Source: Chiloscyllium plagiosum
Taxonomy: Eukaryota
Assembly: GCF_004010195.1 (NCBI RefSeq)
Contig: NC_057754.1
Location: 2,264,228 to 2,328,227 of the forward strand
Direction of reading: 5' to 3'
Length of the DNA: 64,000 nucleotides
This document shows positions 23,680 through 37,294 of the stretch, piece by piece (position 1 is the first letter of the stretch; every line of letters starts with the position of its first letter). The notes beneath the pieces are model-generated. The model was given only the letters and a program-made list of their open reading frames with translations, was not told the origin of the DNA and did no database searches. Made by a program: the position numbers and the translations under genes.

Positions 23680-26600
23680 AAATAGGGCAATAGAGGAAGC
23701 TATTGAAAGCTCAAAGGATGATGTTAGTGTTTGAGTAGGTTTAGACATGCACTGCCTCACTACTTGTGACATTACACCATTTTACAATAAGTAGGCTCCA
23801 GCATCTGATGAAGACATTGTTGCTGCTGAAGGTCCAACCCAAAAGCTGACAGTAACTGCTGCTGGGCAGCTGAGAGATAAACTCATTTGGCACATCTTCA
23901 TAAACCAGCATTGTTCAGAAATCTCAGTCAATCAGTCAACTCCTCATACCAACCTTTTTGTTACCCACAGCTAACCAGAACATCTTAACCCTGAGCTTCA
24001 ACATCATTGCATTCCTTGTTCCCTGTTGTCCTGGATGAGAACCAAAGCTCATGAAGCCCTTCCATCAATTATCCCAATAACTTATCACAACTATTTACAA
24101 AATGTTCTGGAAAGAAAATACACATCTTGTCAAAGTTTTCTGTTGTTTCTCTGAGATGATTTGCAATCTGGTTGGCACTCCCCTCTCCCGACAGTCCCCC
24201 ATAATCCATGGGCTCCCATTTAGTGCCTCCACATTGTATTGACTGACCTGCCTGGATCTTTGATAGAATGAGGGAAGGTTTACAGAAGTTTGAGCAGCTG
24301 CTGTCTTCTCCAGGCTGCTTGCCGATGAATTGAACTCTTCCTACAGAGGATGTTGTACAACAGAGGTGATGGAAAGAGTGGAAATTAGAAACATCAAATG
24401 TGAATGGTTTAAGTTTTCACAAGCCCACTGGAATACAGCTGATGCACTAACTCTCCATCTCCAATTGCCAGATATTTGCGATTGCCTCCTCTACCTAGGT
24501 TCTTACATGTCAGGTGTTAGCATCCCCTGGCATTCTCCTGTAGGAGGAACACATAGTGTTAATTGGATGTTGCACTCTCCAGATTTTGCTGCCACAACCT
24601 CAAGATTTGTGAAATGGTTGGTGTTAATGTTAAGTGGGAGAGAGCAAAAAGGATTAGAGACTTCAGTATGCTGCCATACTTTACAGGATATGAGCTACAC
24701 GACACAGAGGCTGCCAAGTGACTTTGCGACTGGGACAAGGAACTTGTGATGACTCCAAAGAGCATTGCATGATGTCTATGCCAGTGAACACCCATTTGCC
24801 TAACTGTGATTCACCTACTTGCCTTTTTACTTATCAAAAAGCTTTCTTTGCCAGCCTTGTATGAGGTCAGTCAACCTCTTCTGACATTTTAAATGTATCC
24901 TTGGAATTATGCAAATTGTCTCTTCCACATGGTCAGTGCCACTGCAGCTGGTGGTTCCTTTCCTGGCAACCATCTTCTATAACTGCTCTTATTTTCTAAC
25001 CTGTGATAGAAGCATTTCCACAGAAGCCACAGGAAGGGTAGGTGTTCGCGTTTTTCTATTTGACACTCTCTCTCTCCAAAGCTTGTTTTTTCTTTCCAAC
25101 CCTTATCCAAATGCAATCCTTTAAAGAGAAGATTGACAGCCTCAGTCCATTGTATTTCTCCTCCCAGACTGAGCGCAAATGAACATATGAGAAAGGAATA
25201 ACAATAGGCCACTCCGCCCTTGGGTTGGATAATTATTTGCAGAGGAAACAATTTGGCAGGCTGTAAGGAAAAGATGTGGGTGTGAGACAAGGTGAGCTGT
25301 TCATGTGTGGAGTTTGCATAGACATGATGGGCCAAACTGGCCTCAATCTGTGCTGTAACTAGACCACAATTCTCTGTAGCTGTTCTACATCACTTGACTA
25401 CCACAGAAAACTCCTCATTGTCTGAACCACAGAGAGAGAAAAGAAAGAAAGAAACAATTATGAGCCAAGTATTCTGCAACCAAGCCTTGTTATCTTACTC
25501 CCTTTTCCCTGGCAGTCCAAAGCTGTCTCCCCCAGCATTTCTTCTTCATCATCTACCCACTATCTTTAGAAGTCACCTAAGTGTTCGACTTTTTTATCGT
25601 ACCTCAGCCCTGTTCTTCCCCTTTCCTGCTCGCTACTCCCTCGTTGTTCATTATTGTGTAAAACAGTCTAACGTCTAAGGAACATGATCAAATTAGCCAT
25701 CCTTAGATGCTTTTACAGGCTGCTGAGAATAGGAGCAGGTTTTCTCTTATTTGGTCTCATTCATCGGAAGGCTGAAGAATCTAACAAGGGCAGAGAAAAA
25801 GTAAAAATGGATGAACAGTTACCATTCTGATGTATGGACACATTAATTGGGCATTGAAGTTTTCCATTTCTCGATTTCAGCTCATCATAGCACATTTATG
25901 AAATTTCCAGTAGCACTGCAGAGATTTTATCTGAGCAGCCCGTCAGTCAGTTCTTGTCATGGTTCGTTGTATGCCTCTTCATTGCACAGTCATATCGTCT
26001 GAATTTTGATCATCTGTGCAGTTAGCCAGGACACCATGCTGTCAGATAATGAGCATTCCTGCAGGGCCAAGCCATAGCCGTTCAATCACCATGTTGTAAA
26101 TTAAAAGAGACTTTCAGGAATAAGTAGCAACCATGCGAAAAAAAACTCATGGCATTTAATGACATAATCTAATGATAAATTTAAAGGAGGAATGAGAGGA
26201 TCGCATCTGTTAAGTTCAGAGAGTAGAATTCTAAAAATGTAAAAACCTTTGTGCATAGCTTGTACACATCAAAATAACTCTCTCAGGAATCTTACAGTCA
26301 CAGTAACTTGGCTTTATGTGCATAATGGTCCTATGGGATGCAGAAAATTACCTTCTAACTGCCTCAAAGATGCATCCTTTTTGGTTTGATTTATGCGTTC
26401 TTCCACTCATTTTGTCTCATCTGCCCACCTTCAGCTGCTTCTCCTGGCTGAGGAAGGAGCAGTGCTAGTGTGGGAGCTGCGAACTTGCTTGTTTCATCCT
26501 TGAAGCACTGCCGGTTTTGAGATTGTAAGGCTGGCCGAAATAGAGAACAAAGGCAGCACAAGGCCTGCACAGTTCAAAGTCCTCAGAAACACTGTTGTGA

Positions 26601-28759
26601 GAGAGAATTTCCCTGCCTCCTATGCCTTGTCAGAATTCAACAATTGCATAAAAATTCTCCATTTGTCAACTAGAAATTGATTGATTAGTTCAGTAACTCC
26701 CATCCACCTTTTATAATTTAATTGAGATCAGATCTGTTTGTAATGTTGAAAGACTGGGAGGACAATTTGCATTTTTCAAGTGCTCAGGATGTCCCAAAGC
26801 ATTTCACAATCAATCAGATACTTTGAAAATATAATTGTTATTGAAATATAGGAAAAATTGGTGGAAGATTTCCCCAGAAAAACATTTCATCCATTCTCTG
26901 CAGAATCGATCAAAGAACTGTTAGTTTGTGGGGAATCAGAAATGCAATCTTATCACCGTGCAACCTGTGAGACAAACTATCAGGATTTCTTAAACACGTG
27001 ACCTTAAGGGCCCCTCTTACTGATTCATTAGGTAAGATCTCAGCCAAGTATGGAATTGGGTCCTTCAGGTCATTGAACATCCAAGTGCAATCACTGACTT
27101 TGCTGACTCAACTGATCACAGCAAGCAGGGAAGGAGATAGTAGAATCATAGAAGCATAAAGAGAGGCCATTTAATCCACCTTTTCTGTACTAGCTCTTTA
27201 AAAGGGTGTCACATTTTTGCTATTCTCCTGCACTTTTCCAAAACCTCATTAAACAGTCTCATTCCCAGACTCTTCCCTTCAATCCCTCTCTTCTGATTCT
27301 AGATACTTTCCTAGTACCAACCACCTTCAAAGCTCACCTCTGGCAAATTGACTCTTCTGAGTTGAAACAATATTGACCAGCTCTTCCCACCTTGCTCCTT
27401 GCTAAGCCTCAATTAGCTTAATCCCAGAATTTTAGGACTTTACAGAGCATACATTAAGATCATTTGATCCATTGTGTCTGTACTGGCTCTCTCCAGCCTA
27501 TTCCCCTGTCCTTTTGTTCAGTATTGCTTAAAATATTACCTAAAGAGTACCACAAATCTTGCTTTTATCACTCATTTTAGTGGCATATTCTTAAATCCAT
27601 TGGGGAAAAAGTCCTTCCCTTGGCTCTTTTGCTTTCTACTTAATGTCTGAATGACCAATGGCTGTAGTTTCCAAAAGTAAGATCATTTCTAATCTTGAAT
27701 ATTTGAATCAGATATCTTCTTAACTTTGCTAATTCTTTTTTAAAAAGCTCTGAACTTTGGGTAACCCCCTCTGCCTTCTCCTTCTCCCATTATTCCAATG
27801 ACAGCTATTGGATGGTGTTCGTCTCCACAATTACACCCTCCAAATTTAAATCATCGAGCAGCATCAGGGATAAATTAGTCAAGGAATGCCAGTGGCCTTG
27901 GACGTTTAACTCCAGGAACTTTAACTCTAACACTTTTCAACCATTGCTGTGGCATCAAGTTGCTGCCTTGCTGATGAGATGCGAACCTCTGTGAGTGTCA
28001 GGGTTAAAATTGGTCAAAAGCCTCTTAAGAAGACACAAGAGCTCAATGCCTTGAAAGAACCAAACAAATACAAGGAAAAACATCATAATGAAAATGTAGT
28101 TCTGATCTTTTTTCTGTTCATGCACAGGATAAGGGCACCACTGGCTAGGTCAGCATTTATTGCCCATCCCCGATTGCCCAGAGGGCAGCTAATGGTCACT
28201 GCGTAAGGACAGCAATTTCCTTCCCTAAAAGGCACTTGTGACCCAGGGGATTTTACCAGCAATGGACAATGGTTTCACGGTCAGCATTAGACCCTGGAGT
28301 TCCAGGTTTTCATTAAATGTAAATTCCACTATCTGCAATGGCGGGATTCAAGCCCAGGTCATCAGAACAATTTTCTGCTAGGCATCCTGCAATACAGCAG
28401 CAATGACACTTCAGTAGCATTTCTTTGTAAAGCATTTTAGAATTCTAAGTTGTGAAAGACGGTATATAATTCTGATGCACTCTTCTTTCTGTTTCAATGA
28501 ATGGTCCTAATTCCTAAATTATGGAGCCCAATTTTAACCCTCCCATTCACAGAGTTAAAAATCAAGGTCACAGAGTCAGAAAGTCTGACTCTTATCAATG
28601 ACAGAGCCAAAGAAAGTTTATTTGAATAAATTATTAAAACATAAGAATCTTTAGAAGAGGAGGTCACTAGGTCTAACAAATCTGTTTGGGTGACCTGGCA
28701 TGTGGGTGGAATATTGGCCTGGACATTACATTCTTACAGCTAGTTCCATCAGATATTTA

Positions 28760-28912
28760 TGATGTGGAGATGCTGGTGTTGGACTGAGGTGGACAAAGTC
28801 AGAAATCACACAATATCAGGTTATAGTCTCTGACAGGTTTATTTGAAATCACAAGCATTCGGAGCACTGCTCCTTCATCACTATAACTTGGTGTCGTGAG
28901 ACTTCTGACTTT
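28760..28912. mobile_element. PLE family B: minus arm with hammerhead plus a short inverted arm, perfect 12-bp TSD
   Basis: ATCAGATATTTA at 28748 and 28913. The minus arm has TGATGA-a-GGAGC-agt-GCTCC-GAAT-GCTTGTG. Confidence 0.85.
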
Positions 28913-30174
28913 ATCAGATATTTAACATCCCTCAGAGAGGCAGACAAGACCTAGATTTATATTTCATCCAAAGACAGTGTTAAGATCTCTGGAGGTAGAG
29001 CAGTCTCTCAGTTGTTGATTAGAGTGTTAACCTAGATATGTATTCAAATCTGATGCAGAGCTCAAACTCTCAACCTTCTGTCCCTGAAGCTAAAACTGCT
29101 ACCGGGCTGAGCAAGTCTAATATCTAAGGAATTGCAGAATAAAGCAATGTTCTGCTCCATGTAAGATGTTACATGGAGCAGAACATTGATAAAACTTGAA
29201 ATCGCCATGCATATCAGACAGTGCTTTCACTATTTTATAACAGGTAACTGTTGTAGGTGTGGGTTGTGGATAAAGTGGTGCCAAGTGTACAATAATCGCA
29301 GAATGGACTACAGGAAAACCCAAAGGTTGAAAAGTCAAACTTACAGGAAACCTAGCTGTGCACAAAATGGCTGTTGGGTTTAACCATCTAACAGCAATGT
29401 TGCACAACTGTGTTAAAGGCTTTGGGGCATTTGAGAGTGGGGCAATAAGTTTTCTACAGATGTAAGACTCACCTTATGTAAATGAGATGCCAAGCTCATG
29501 ATTGTAGACATCTAATGTAAAGGAGCAAACTGGCTTCATGGGGAAGGTGACTAATTAACGACATCAGTCATACTTTTCGAAAGCACAATAAACCTTATTA
29601 AATCATCATCTTTGCCTTTGGGCTCTTTGCTTCATGTTCTTCTGATTATCACAACAGGATCTTCAGATGGTGGGAATATTAGACTGATGAGCTTTGATGT
29701 ACTGAAAAGCTTTTCTCATCGCCAGACTTTGTATGTTCCCTGTTCATTTTTCAAAAAAGCTCTGTAAATTATAAGCCAGCTGACCACTCTGAACCAAATG
29801 AGTGTTGGGTTTCCTGTTGCCTGGAGATTTCACAATGATCTGACAAGCCAGTACAAAACCCACTTCCTCTCTTTGCTGGGATTTTAAACATTCCTTTACT
29901 CAGAATATTTTATCAAATGTAAACGGTGCTTATTTATTGCTATGAGCGTTGCCTTTTTATAAAAACTCAAACCATCTGTCTATATCACTTTTAGAGCTGT
30001 TCCTCACGGCAGGTTGTGATTTTTTTTGCTGATAATTTACTGACAAGTATTGTTCTCTGTTCTTTCTTTAAAGAAGACTTAGCTTCAAGATATAGGGATA
30101 CTATCAATCAGTCCATATGCTTTACTTCTGGGACTTGGATTTGAATCTAGCCTCGAAGGTAACAATTCATAAAT

Positions 30175-30454
30175 CTTTCTTTCATTCTCCCTCTCTCTCT
30201 TTCACTCTCATTTTTCAACTTTCTCTCATCTCTCACCTCTCGCCTCTGTCCATCCCTACCCCTTCCCCTCCTCTTTTGCTCTCTTAGTTCTCTCCATTTC
30301 TCCCTCTGTCAACTCTCCTGATCCCTCTCCATCTCCTATTCTCTCCTACTGTCTTTTCACTCTTCTCTCCCCCTGCTTTTTCTATCCCATCCTTTCCTGA
30401 GGCACGCCTTCATCTCTCTTCCCCTCCTGTCTGGACCCATCTCTCTTTCCCTTC
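30175..30454. repeat. Polypyrimidine (CT-rich) tract, continues at 31075-31140
   Basis: Almost exclusively C/T, split by the CR1 insertion. Confidence 0.85.
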
Positions 30455-31073
30455 CAAGAAGGCATTTGGTATGCTTTCCTTTATTGGTCAGAGCATTGAG
30501 TACAGGAGTTGGGAGGTCATGTTGTGGCTGTACAGGACATTGGTTAGGCCACTTTTGGAGTATTGCATGCAATTCTGGTCTCCTTCCTATCGGAAGGATA
30601 TTGTGAAACTTGAAAGGGTTCAGAAAAGATTTACAAGGGTGTTGCTAGGTTTGGAGGGTTTGAGCTATAGGGAGAGGCTGAATAGGCTGGGACTGTTTTC
30701 CCTGGAGCATCAGAGGCTGAGGGGTGACCTTATAGAGGTTTATAAAATCATGAGGAGCATGGATAAGGTAAATAGACAAGGTATTTCCCCTGGGGTGGGG
30801 AAGTCCAGAACTAGAGGGCATAGGTTTAGGGTGAGAGGGAAAAATAAAAGAGACCTAAGGTGCAACCTTTTCACACAGAGGGTGGTACGAGTATGGAATG
30901 AGCTGCCAAAGGAAGTGGTGGAGGCTGGTACAATGACAACATTTAAAAGGCATCTGGATGGGTATCTGAATAGTTTAGAGGGATATGGGCCATGTGCTGA
31001 CAAATGTCTGGTCAGCATGGATGGGTTGGACCGAAGGGTCTGTTTCAGTGCTGTACATCTCTATGACTCTATG
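30455..31073 (+). mobile_element. CR1 (HER1-like) 3' fragment with open ORF2 C-terminus
   Basis: ORF 30471-31163 LYRTLVRPLLEYCMQFWSP..RGDLIEVYK..WNELP, tail CTCTATGACTCTATG. Confidence 0.95.
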
Positions 31074-33339
31074 TGCTCCTCTCCTATACGTCCCTCTCCT
31101 CTTCTCTTTTCTACCTCACCCTCTTCCTCTTCTCCTCCTCATAGGTATACTTCTATGAAATGATAAGTGTTAACCACGTTGCTGTAGGTACAGAGCATGT
31201 TATCCATTGTTGGGACAGAATAGCATTAAACTGTCTTGTTCAGAAAGGTCAAAGAGAGTGGCTGATGCAGCAAATGGAAAATGTCACATTGCTTCAGCAG
31301 AGAGTGTTGTTCACATAGTGAAGGTTAAAGCATCGTGAGGGGAAGCATAGAGAGTGCTTTACCAGTTTGTGGACATTTAAGTGAGTATAACAGTCCACCC
31401 AGAAATGTCCGGTCAGAGATATTCTGAGTAATTTGAGAATTGCAAGGCTCATCAAAGCCTTCAACAGTAGTCACTGAGGAAGCGTCCTTTTGTATGTAAG
31501 GTTATTTCCTTGGGAAGAATTAGATGCCCATTGCAGTATATTGAGGGAGATTGGGGCTGAGCCACATTTCCAGCTTTTACCCCAATTTTGAGCTTCACTT
31601 TGTGCTGGGTCGCATTCAGGGTTAGTTAGATAGGCAACAGTTTTTGTGGTAAGAAATGATTAGCCCAATGCCTCGTTCCCTGCATCAGTGCTTGCATTTA
31701 ACTGTCGGAAAGGGAGGAATGGTGTTTCGGCCACTGTCTTTTTGATTTAGTGGAGCAGAGTGCTTGGCTACTTTGTGGCTTATCTAATCAGATATATGTA
31801 GGAGATAGCATTAAGGCCACTTTCTATTAAAATGTAAATGATTCATCAATGAAGACAAGAGTGCAAAGCAAGCCATCGATCGGCTTCCATTAAAAATAAT
31901 GTACTTTATAAATGGCACACTGTACATAAAGCTGTCAATGGCATCAATAGCAGCCAGCTGTTTAGTTGTGCTTGATTAATACAAACTACTTACAACACAC
32001 CCTTCAGCCGCTTCCCCCTTCAAATCAATTGGAGTAAGAGCAAGGTAGCAAAGCTGTTTACAACACACTTAATGACCCTTCATCGAGAAAATTGCAACTC
32101 AGAGAGAGAGAGGTCAGCCCCACCTGTGTCTCCAGCAGCATTTCTCAATGATATGTGCAGTGATTTGAAACAACGCCTTCATTTTTTTATCTTGTACAAC
32201 TGGCGTATATTATCAGGAAGATACACATGGGGCATATGGAGACAGACAATCTAACCAGCAAGTGATAACCTTGTTATCCAGGGATAATGAAGGTCTGAAT
32301 CTCAGAGGAGCATTTATTTATTTTGTTTGTTTTTTTCAAGCTTCCAATACAAGGTCAATGTAATAACCAACTCGAACATATCCTTTCCCAGGAGTGAGGG
32401 ACTGTTTGTCTTTCTGATGAGATATTGAAACCAGGGATGGATGAAATCCTGCATCCCTCCTCAAGTAAGCGCAGGGGATTTCTCTCCAATTTCCTGGGGC
32501 TAACAAGTGCATGTGTGTGATGTCAATATACACAGCTTACATATCTCCTAAGTGCCGTCAGTTGTTGTTGTTGTCATGTGTGCAGGAGTCTGCTAAGTTC
32601 ACATCACTGTGGATACGCTTCGAAAAGTACTTCAAAGATTATCAGTGGTGGGGTAGATCAGAATATGAAGCTGTGGCCATTGTCACATCAGCCATGCTCT
32701 TATTGGATGGTGGAACAGGCTGGAGGGGTCGAATGGCTTGCTGTTGCTCATAATTTGTGTATTCATATGCATGTACTTCTCTGGCTGTAATGTGCAAATA
32801 CTGAGGTCATGAAGGGCTGCACTGAGACTGCCTATCCAGCTCTAGTGTTCTGAGCAGATGCCTTAGTTGTCTACCCACAGTCTAACTGTTTCAATAATGA
32901 GCATCCACTGCACCTTTCAAAACAGTCCATTGTCAGCATTGGCTCTGTTGAACTGATTGCTTACAACTCCCTTGGAGTGATGACAACAAAGATGAGACAA
33001 TTCGGTAAAACTCTGATGATAGAAGCTTTTCCCTGTCCTTATCTTTATTTTTAATTTGATGTGTGACATTTATCTGCTTTATTTTCACCTTTCAAGAGAA
33101 AATGGACCATGATTCACCTCCCATACCTACGCCGGCACAGTTTATTTGTAAAGTGTTGGAAACACCTATTTTCTTTCTGAACTAAAAGCTTATTGAATGT
33201 CACAACAGTGTGCCGCTGAGTGGTGTCATCACACACAGTGCACACTACGGCAGAGGAATGAGGCTTGTACAATCTTGTTCAGCTCTCAGGAAGCATGTTA
33301 CAGCCAGTGAGGCCAGTGTAGTCACTGTTAGACTGTAGG

Positions 33340-33545
33340 AAAGCCAATTTGTGCACAATGAGGTCCGACAACAGGAATATGATGATAACCTAATTAGTAA
33401 ACTGCTTTAATGATGTTGGTTGAGTGCTGATGGGAACTTCCTTTCTCTTCTTTGGAACAGTGCGACGGGATGCTCTACATCCACCTCACGAGGGAGTTAT
33501 GGCTTCAGTTAACATCTCATCTGACAGTGGAGCACTCCCTCATTA
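33340..33545 (-). mobile_element. DeuSINE (SacSINE1-like) 3' and central part
   Basis: GCCAATTTGTGCACA..TGATGTTGGTTGAG..ACATCCACCTCA..AACATCTCATCTGACAGTGGAGCACTCCCTCA. Confidence 0.75.
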
Positions 33546-34850
33546 CTGACCCTGTAGTGGTCCATCAGTACTGACCTTCTGTTGTGTGCCACTTGCAGGG
33601 TACTAATGCTTCAGCAGTCTGGCACTTGCTCAGCATTGACCTTCTAACAGCACTCCCTCAGCACTAACACTCCAACAGTGCAGCATTCCTTCAGCATTGA
33701 CCCTCTCACAGTGCGGCACATCCTCAGCACTGACCCTCTGACAGTGCAGCGCTCCCTCAGCACTAACCCTCCAACAGCGCAGCATTCCTTCAGCACTGAC
33801 CCTCTGACAGTGTGGCGCTCCCTCAGCACTAACCCTCCAACAGTGCAGCATTCCTTCAGCACTGACCCTCTGACGGTGCAGCATTCCCTCAGCACTGACC
33901 CTCAAACAGTGCAGCATTCCTTCAGCACTGACCCTCTGACAGTGCAGCACTCCCTCAGCACTGACCCTCCGACAGTGTGGCGCTCCGTCAGCACTAACCC
34001 TCCAACAGTGCAGCATTCCTTCAGCACTGACCCTCTGACAGTGCGGCACTCCCTCAGCACTGACCCTCTGACAGTGCGGCACTCCCTCAGCACTGACCCT
34101 CTGACAGTGTGGCGCTCCCTCAGCACTAACCCTCCAACAGTGCAGCATTCCTTCAGCACTAACCCTCCAACAGTGCAGCATTCCTTCAGCACTGACCCTC
34201 TGACAGTGCGACACTCCCTCAGCACTGACCCTCTGACAGTGTGGCGTTCCCTCAGCACTAACCCTCCAACAGTGCAGCATTCCTTCAGCACTGACCCTCT
34301 GACAGTGCAACACTCCCTCAGCACTGACCCTCAAACAGTGCAGCATTCCCGCAGCACTCCCTCAGCACCGACACTCTGAAAGTGCCCACTCCCACAGCAC
34401 TGACTGTTATCAGTCACTCCCTCAGTACTGACTTTCCTACAGTACAGCATTTCTACAGCACTGATCCTTACACAGTGTGGAGCTCCTCAGCAATGACCCT
34501 CTGACTGTACAGCCCTCCCTCAGCACTGACCCTCCAACATTGCAGCATTCCCACAGCACTGACCGTCCGACAGTGCAGCACTCCTTCGGCACTGACCCTC
34601 CAATAGTGTGGCACTCCCTCAGTACTGAGCTTCTGACAGTGCCTGCTCCTTCAGCACTGATCGTCCAACAGTGTGTCATTCCCATAGCACTGACTGTCCG
34701 ACAATGCAGCACTCCCTCAGTACTGACCCACTGATAGTCTGGCACACCTAGACACACTTGCAGGGTACTAACGCTCCAGCATTCTGGAGACCCTCTGACA
34801 GTTCATTGCCACATGAGTACTTGAGGTCTAACAGTGCAGCACTCCCATAC
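33525..34850. repeat. 33-bp minisatellite CAGCACTGACCCTCTGACAGTGCAGCACTCCCT
   Basis: Homogeneous core ~33650-34350 with degenerate flanks. ORFs show 11-aa periodicity (QHSFSTDPLTV). Confidence 0.96.
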
Positions 34851-35380
34851 CAATAATGATGTCCAAGATTGTATTGCTCTGGAGGGTAAACTTCTGTTCT
34901 GGATTATAAATGCTACATATTGGGCCACTGCAACAGAGAATTGTACATTATTGACCATATCCAAAACTGGACACAGCTTTGGAAAATAACTGTATTAAAA
35001 TTGCACCTACAGATTGTTTCAGCTGGTTTGCCCTCATCAGTCCACTGGTGCACAGGATATATTGTTCATTTTCAATTCTCCCCGAGCATGCTCTGAACTT
35101 CATTCTAAGGCCGTGTTCTGTTTCAGAGCTAGGAAAATTCTTATCAATCCAGTTTGATATTTTAGAGCAAGCTTCACATTCAGAAATCCAAGTATAAACA
35201 GCTACCTATCTAACTGGCTTCACATGTAACAGCACAAGCCCATTCTTGTGTGACTGTTGAGAATAGTCATACTGTCATAAACAAAGGTTTGTCCCACCTA
35301 TTCATGTAGCCCTTTGTTTTATCAGGATATGGCAGTGTTCTACAGACCAAAGATTGTCTTCATTCTGTGTCTGGTACTCA

Positions 35381-36857
35381 GATTAACATCAGCAGAGATA
35401 CAGTCAGTAACACTGGGCACAGGGGAGAGAGGGGTTACTGAGTGACAGTGTGAGGGAGCTGGATTAACATCAGTAGAGGTACAGTCAGTAACTCAGGGCG
35501 CTGGAGGGGGACGGGGTTACTGAGTGACTGTGAGGGAGCTGGATTAACATCAGTAGCGATACAGTCAGTAACACAGGGCGCTGGAGGGGGACAGGGGTTA
35601 CAGAGGGACAGTGTGAGGGAGCTGGATTAACATCAGTAGAGATGCAGTCAGTAACACAGGGCGCTGGAGGGGGACGGGGTTACTGAGTGACTGTGAGGGA
35701 GCTGGATTAACATCAGTACAGATAGTCAGTAACACAAGGTGCTGGGGGGATAGGGGTTACTGAGTGACAGTGTGAGGAAATTGGATTAACATCAGCAGAG
35801 GTACAGTCTGTAAAGACACTGGGGGAGAGGGGTTACTGAGTGACAGTGTGAGGGAGCTGGATTAACATCAGCACAGATACAGTCAGTAACACAGGGTGCT
35901 GGGGGAGAGGAGTTACTGAGTGACAGCATGAGGGAGCTGGATTAACATCAGCAGAGATACGTCAGTAACACTGGGCACTGGGAGTGGAGAGGGGTTACTG
36001 AGTGACAGCGTGAGGGAGCTGGATTAACATCAGCACAGACACAGTCAGTAACACAGGGTGCTGAGGGGAGGGTGCGTTACTGAGTGACAGCGTGAGAGAG
36101 CTGGATTAACATCAGTAGCGATGCAGTCAGCAACACAGGGAGCTGGGGCAGAGAGGTTACTGAATTACAGTGTGAGGGAGCTGGATTAACATCAGCAGAG
36201 ATACAGTCATTAACACAGTGCTTTTGGGGGGGCGGGGGAGAGGGGTTGCTGAGTGACAGTGTGAGGGAGTTGGATTAACATCAGCACAGATACAGTCAGT
36301 AACACAGGGAGCTGGGGAAGAGGGGATACTGAGTGACAGTTTGAGGGAGCTGGATTAACATCAGCACAGATACAGTCAGTAACACAGTGTGCTGGGGTGG
36401 GGAAGAGGGGTTACTGAGTGACAGTGTGTGGATACTGAATAAACATCAGTAGAGATACAGTCATTAATATGGGAGGGGAGGGGGTTACTGAGTGACAGTG
36501 TGAGGGGGCTGGATTTACATCAGTACGGATACAGTCAGTAACACAGGGGAGGGGAGAGGGGTTACCAAGTGACAGTGTGAGGGAGCTGGATCAACATCAG
36601 TAGAGATACAGTCAGTAAACAGGACACTGGCCAGAGAGGGGTTACTGAGTGACAGTGTGAGAGAGCTGGATTAACATCAATAGAGATACAGTCAGTAACA
36701 CAGGGTGCTGGAGAGGGACAGGGGCTACTGAGTGACAGTGTGAGGGAGCTGGATTAATATAAGCAGAGGTACAGTCAGTAACACAGGGCACTGGGAGGGT
36801 AGAAGGGTTACTGTGTGATAGTGTGAGGGAGTTGAATTAACATCAGTACAGATACAA
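35381..36857. repeat. ~80-bp minisatellite, ~19 units, with an internal inverted repeat
   Basis: GGATTAACATCAGYAGAGATACAGTCAGTAACAC-[variable G-rich]-GGGTTACTGAGTGACAGTGTGAGGGAGCT repeated. Confidence 0.96.
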
Positions 36858-37294
36858 TGATTCTTCCTAAAAACAACTGATACAGTTGTGACTCAATATG
36901 TCAGCACATTAATGCAGACTATATTCTGGCAAAAATGGAACTCTTGTGAATGAGCATTTGGTTTGGGACGTACTGGCTGAGGGAAGAATGTTTGCCAGGA
37001 TGCAGAGAAATGTTTCCTTCAACAATCTCTCCATCAGCAAATGTTGCTTCAGTTGACCTCTCGGTTGAAAAGCATGGCCTCTGACAATGCAGCCCTCCCT
37101 CGTAAACTGCATTCTAGTATCAGCCGAATTCACCAAGAGACACACGAGTGAAGGACACAGGGTCATCAAGCAGCCAAACTCTGTTACCCCAGGGGAATTA
37201 TAGCAAAGAGAAAATGCCCTTTTGAGTACAGTGGTTGTTCTGTCAGTAATGATACAGAAATACAAGAAGGATTTGCATTCTCCAGCATCATTTG

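Noticed and set aside
24180..24800. Possible highly decayed Harbinger transposase on the minus strand
   Set aside because: Only vague motif resemblance by eye. It needs a translated profile-HMM search.
29683..29720. CTGATGA..GAAA as an extra hammerhead
   Set aside because: No stem II directly closing onto GAAA and no PLE context.
33630..34757. 238-aa and 233-aa ORFs with His/Cys periodicity
   Set aside because: The 11-aa periodicity comes from the 33-bp SINE-derived array. It is not a zinc-finger gene.
35381..36857. CRISPR-like repeat/spacer appearance
   Set aside because: The variable segments are homologous G-rich variants, not unique spacers. The context is vertebrate and there are no cas genes.
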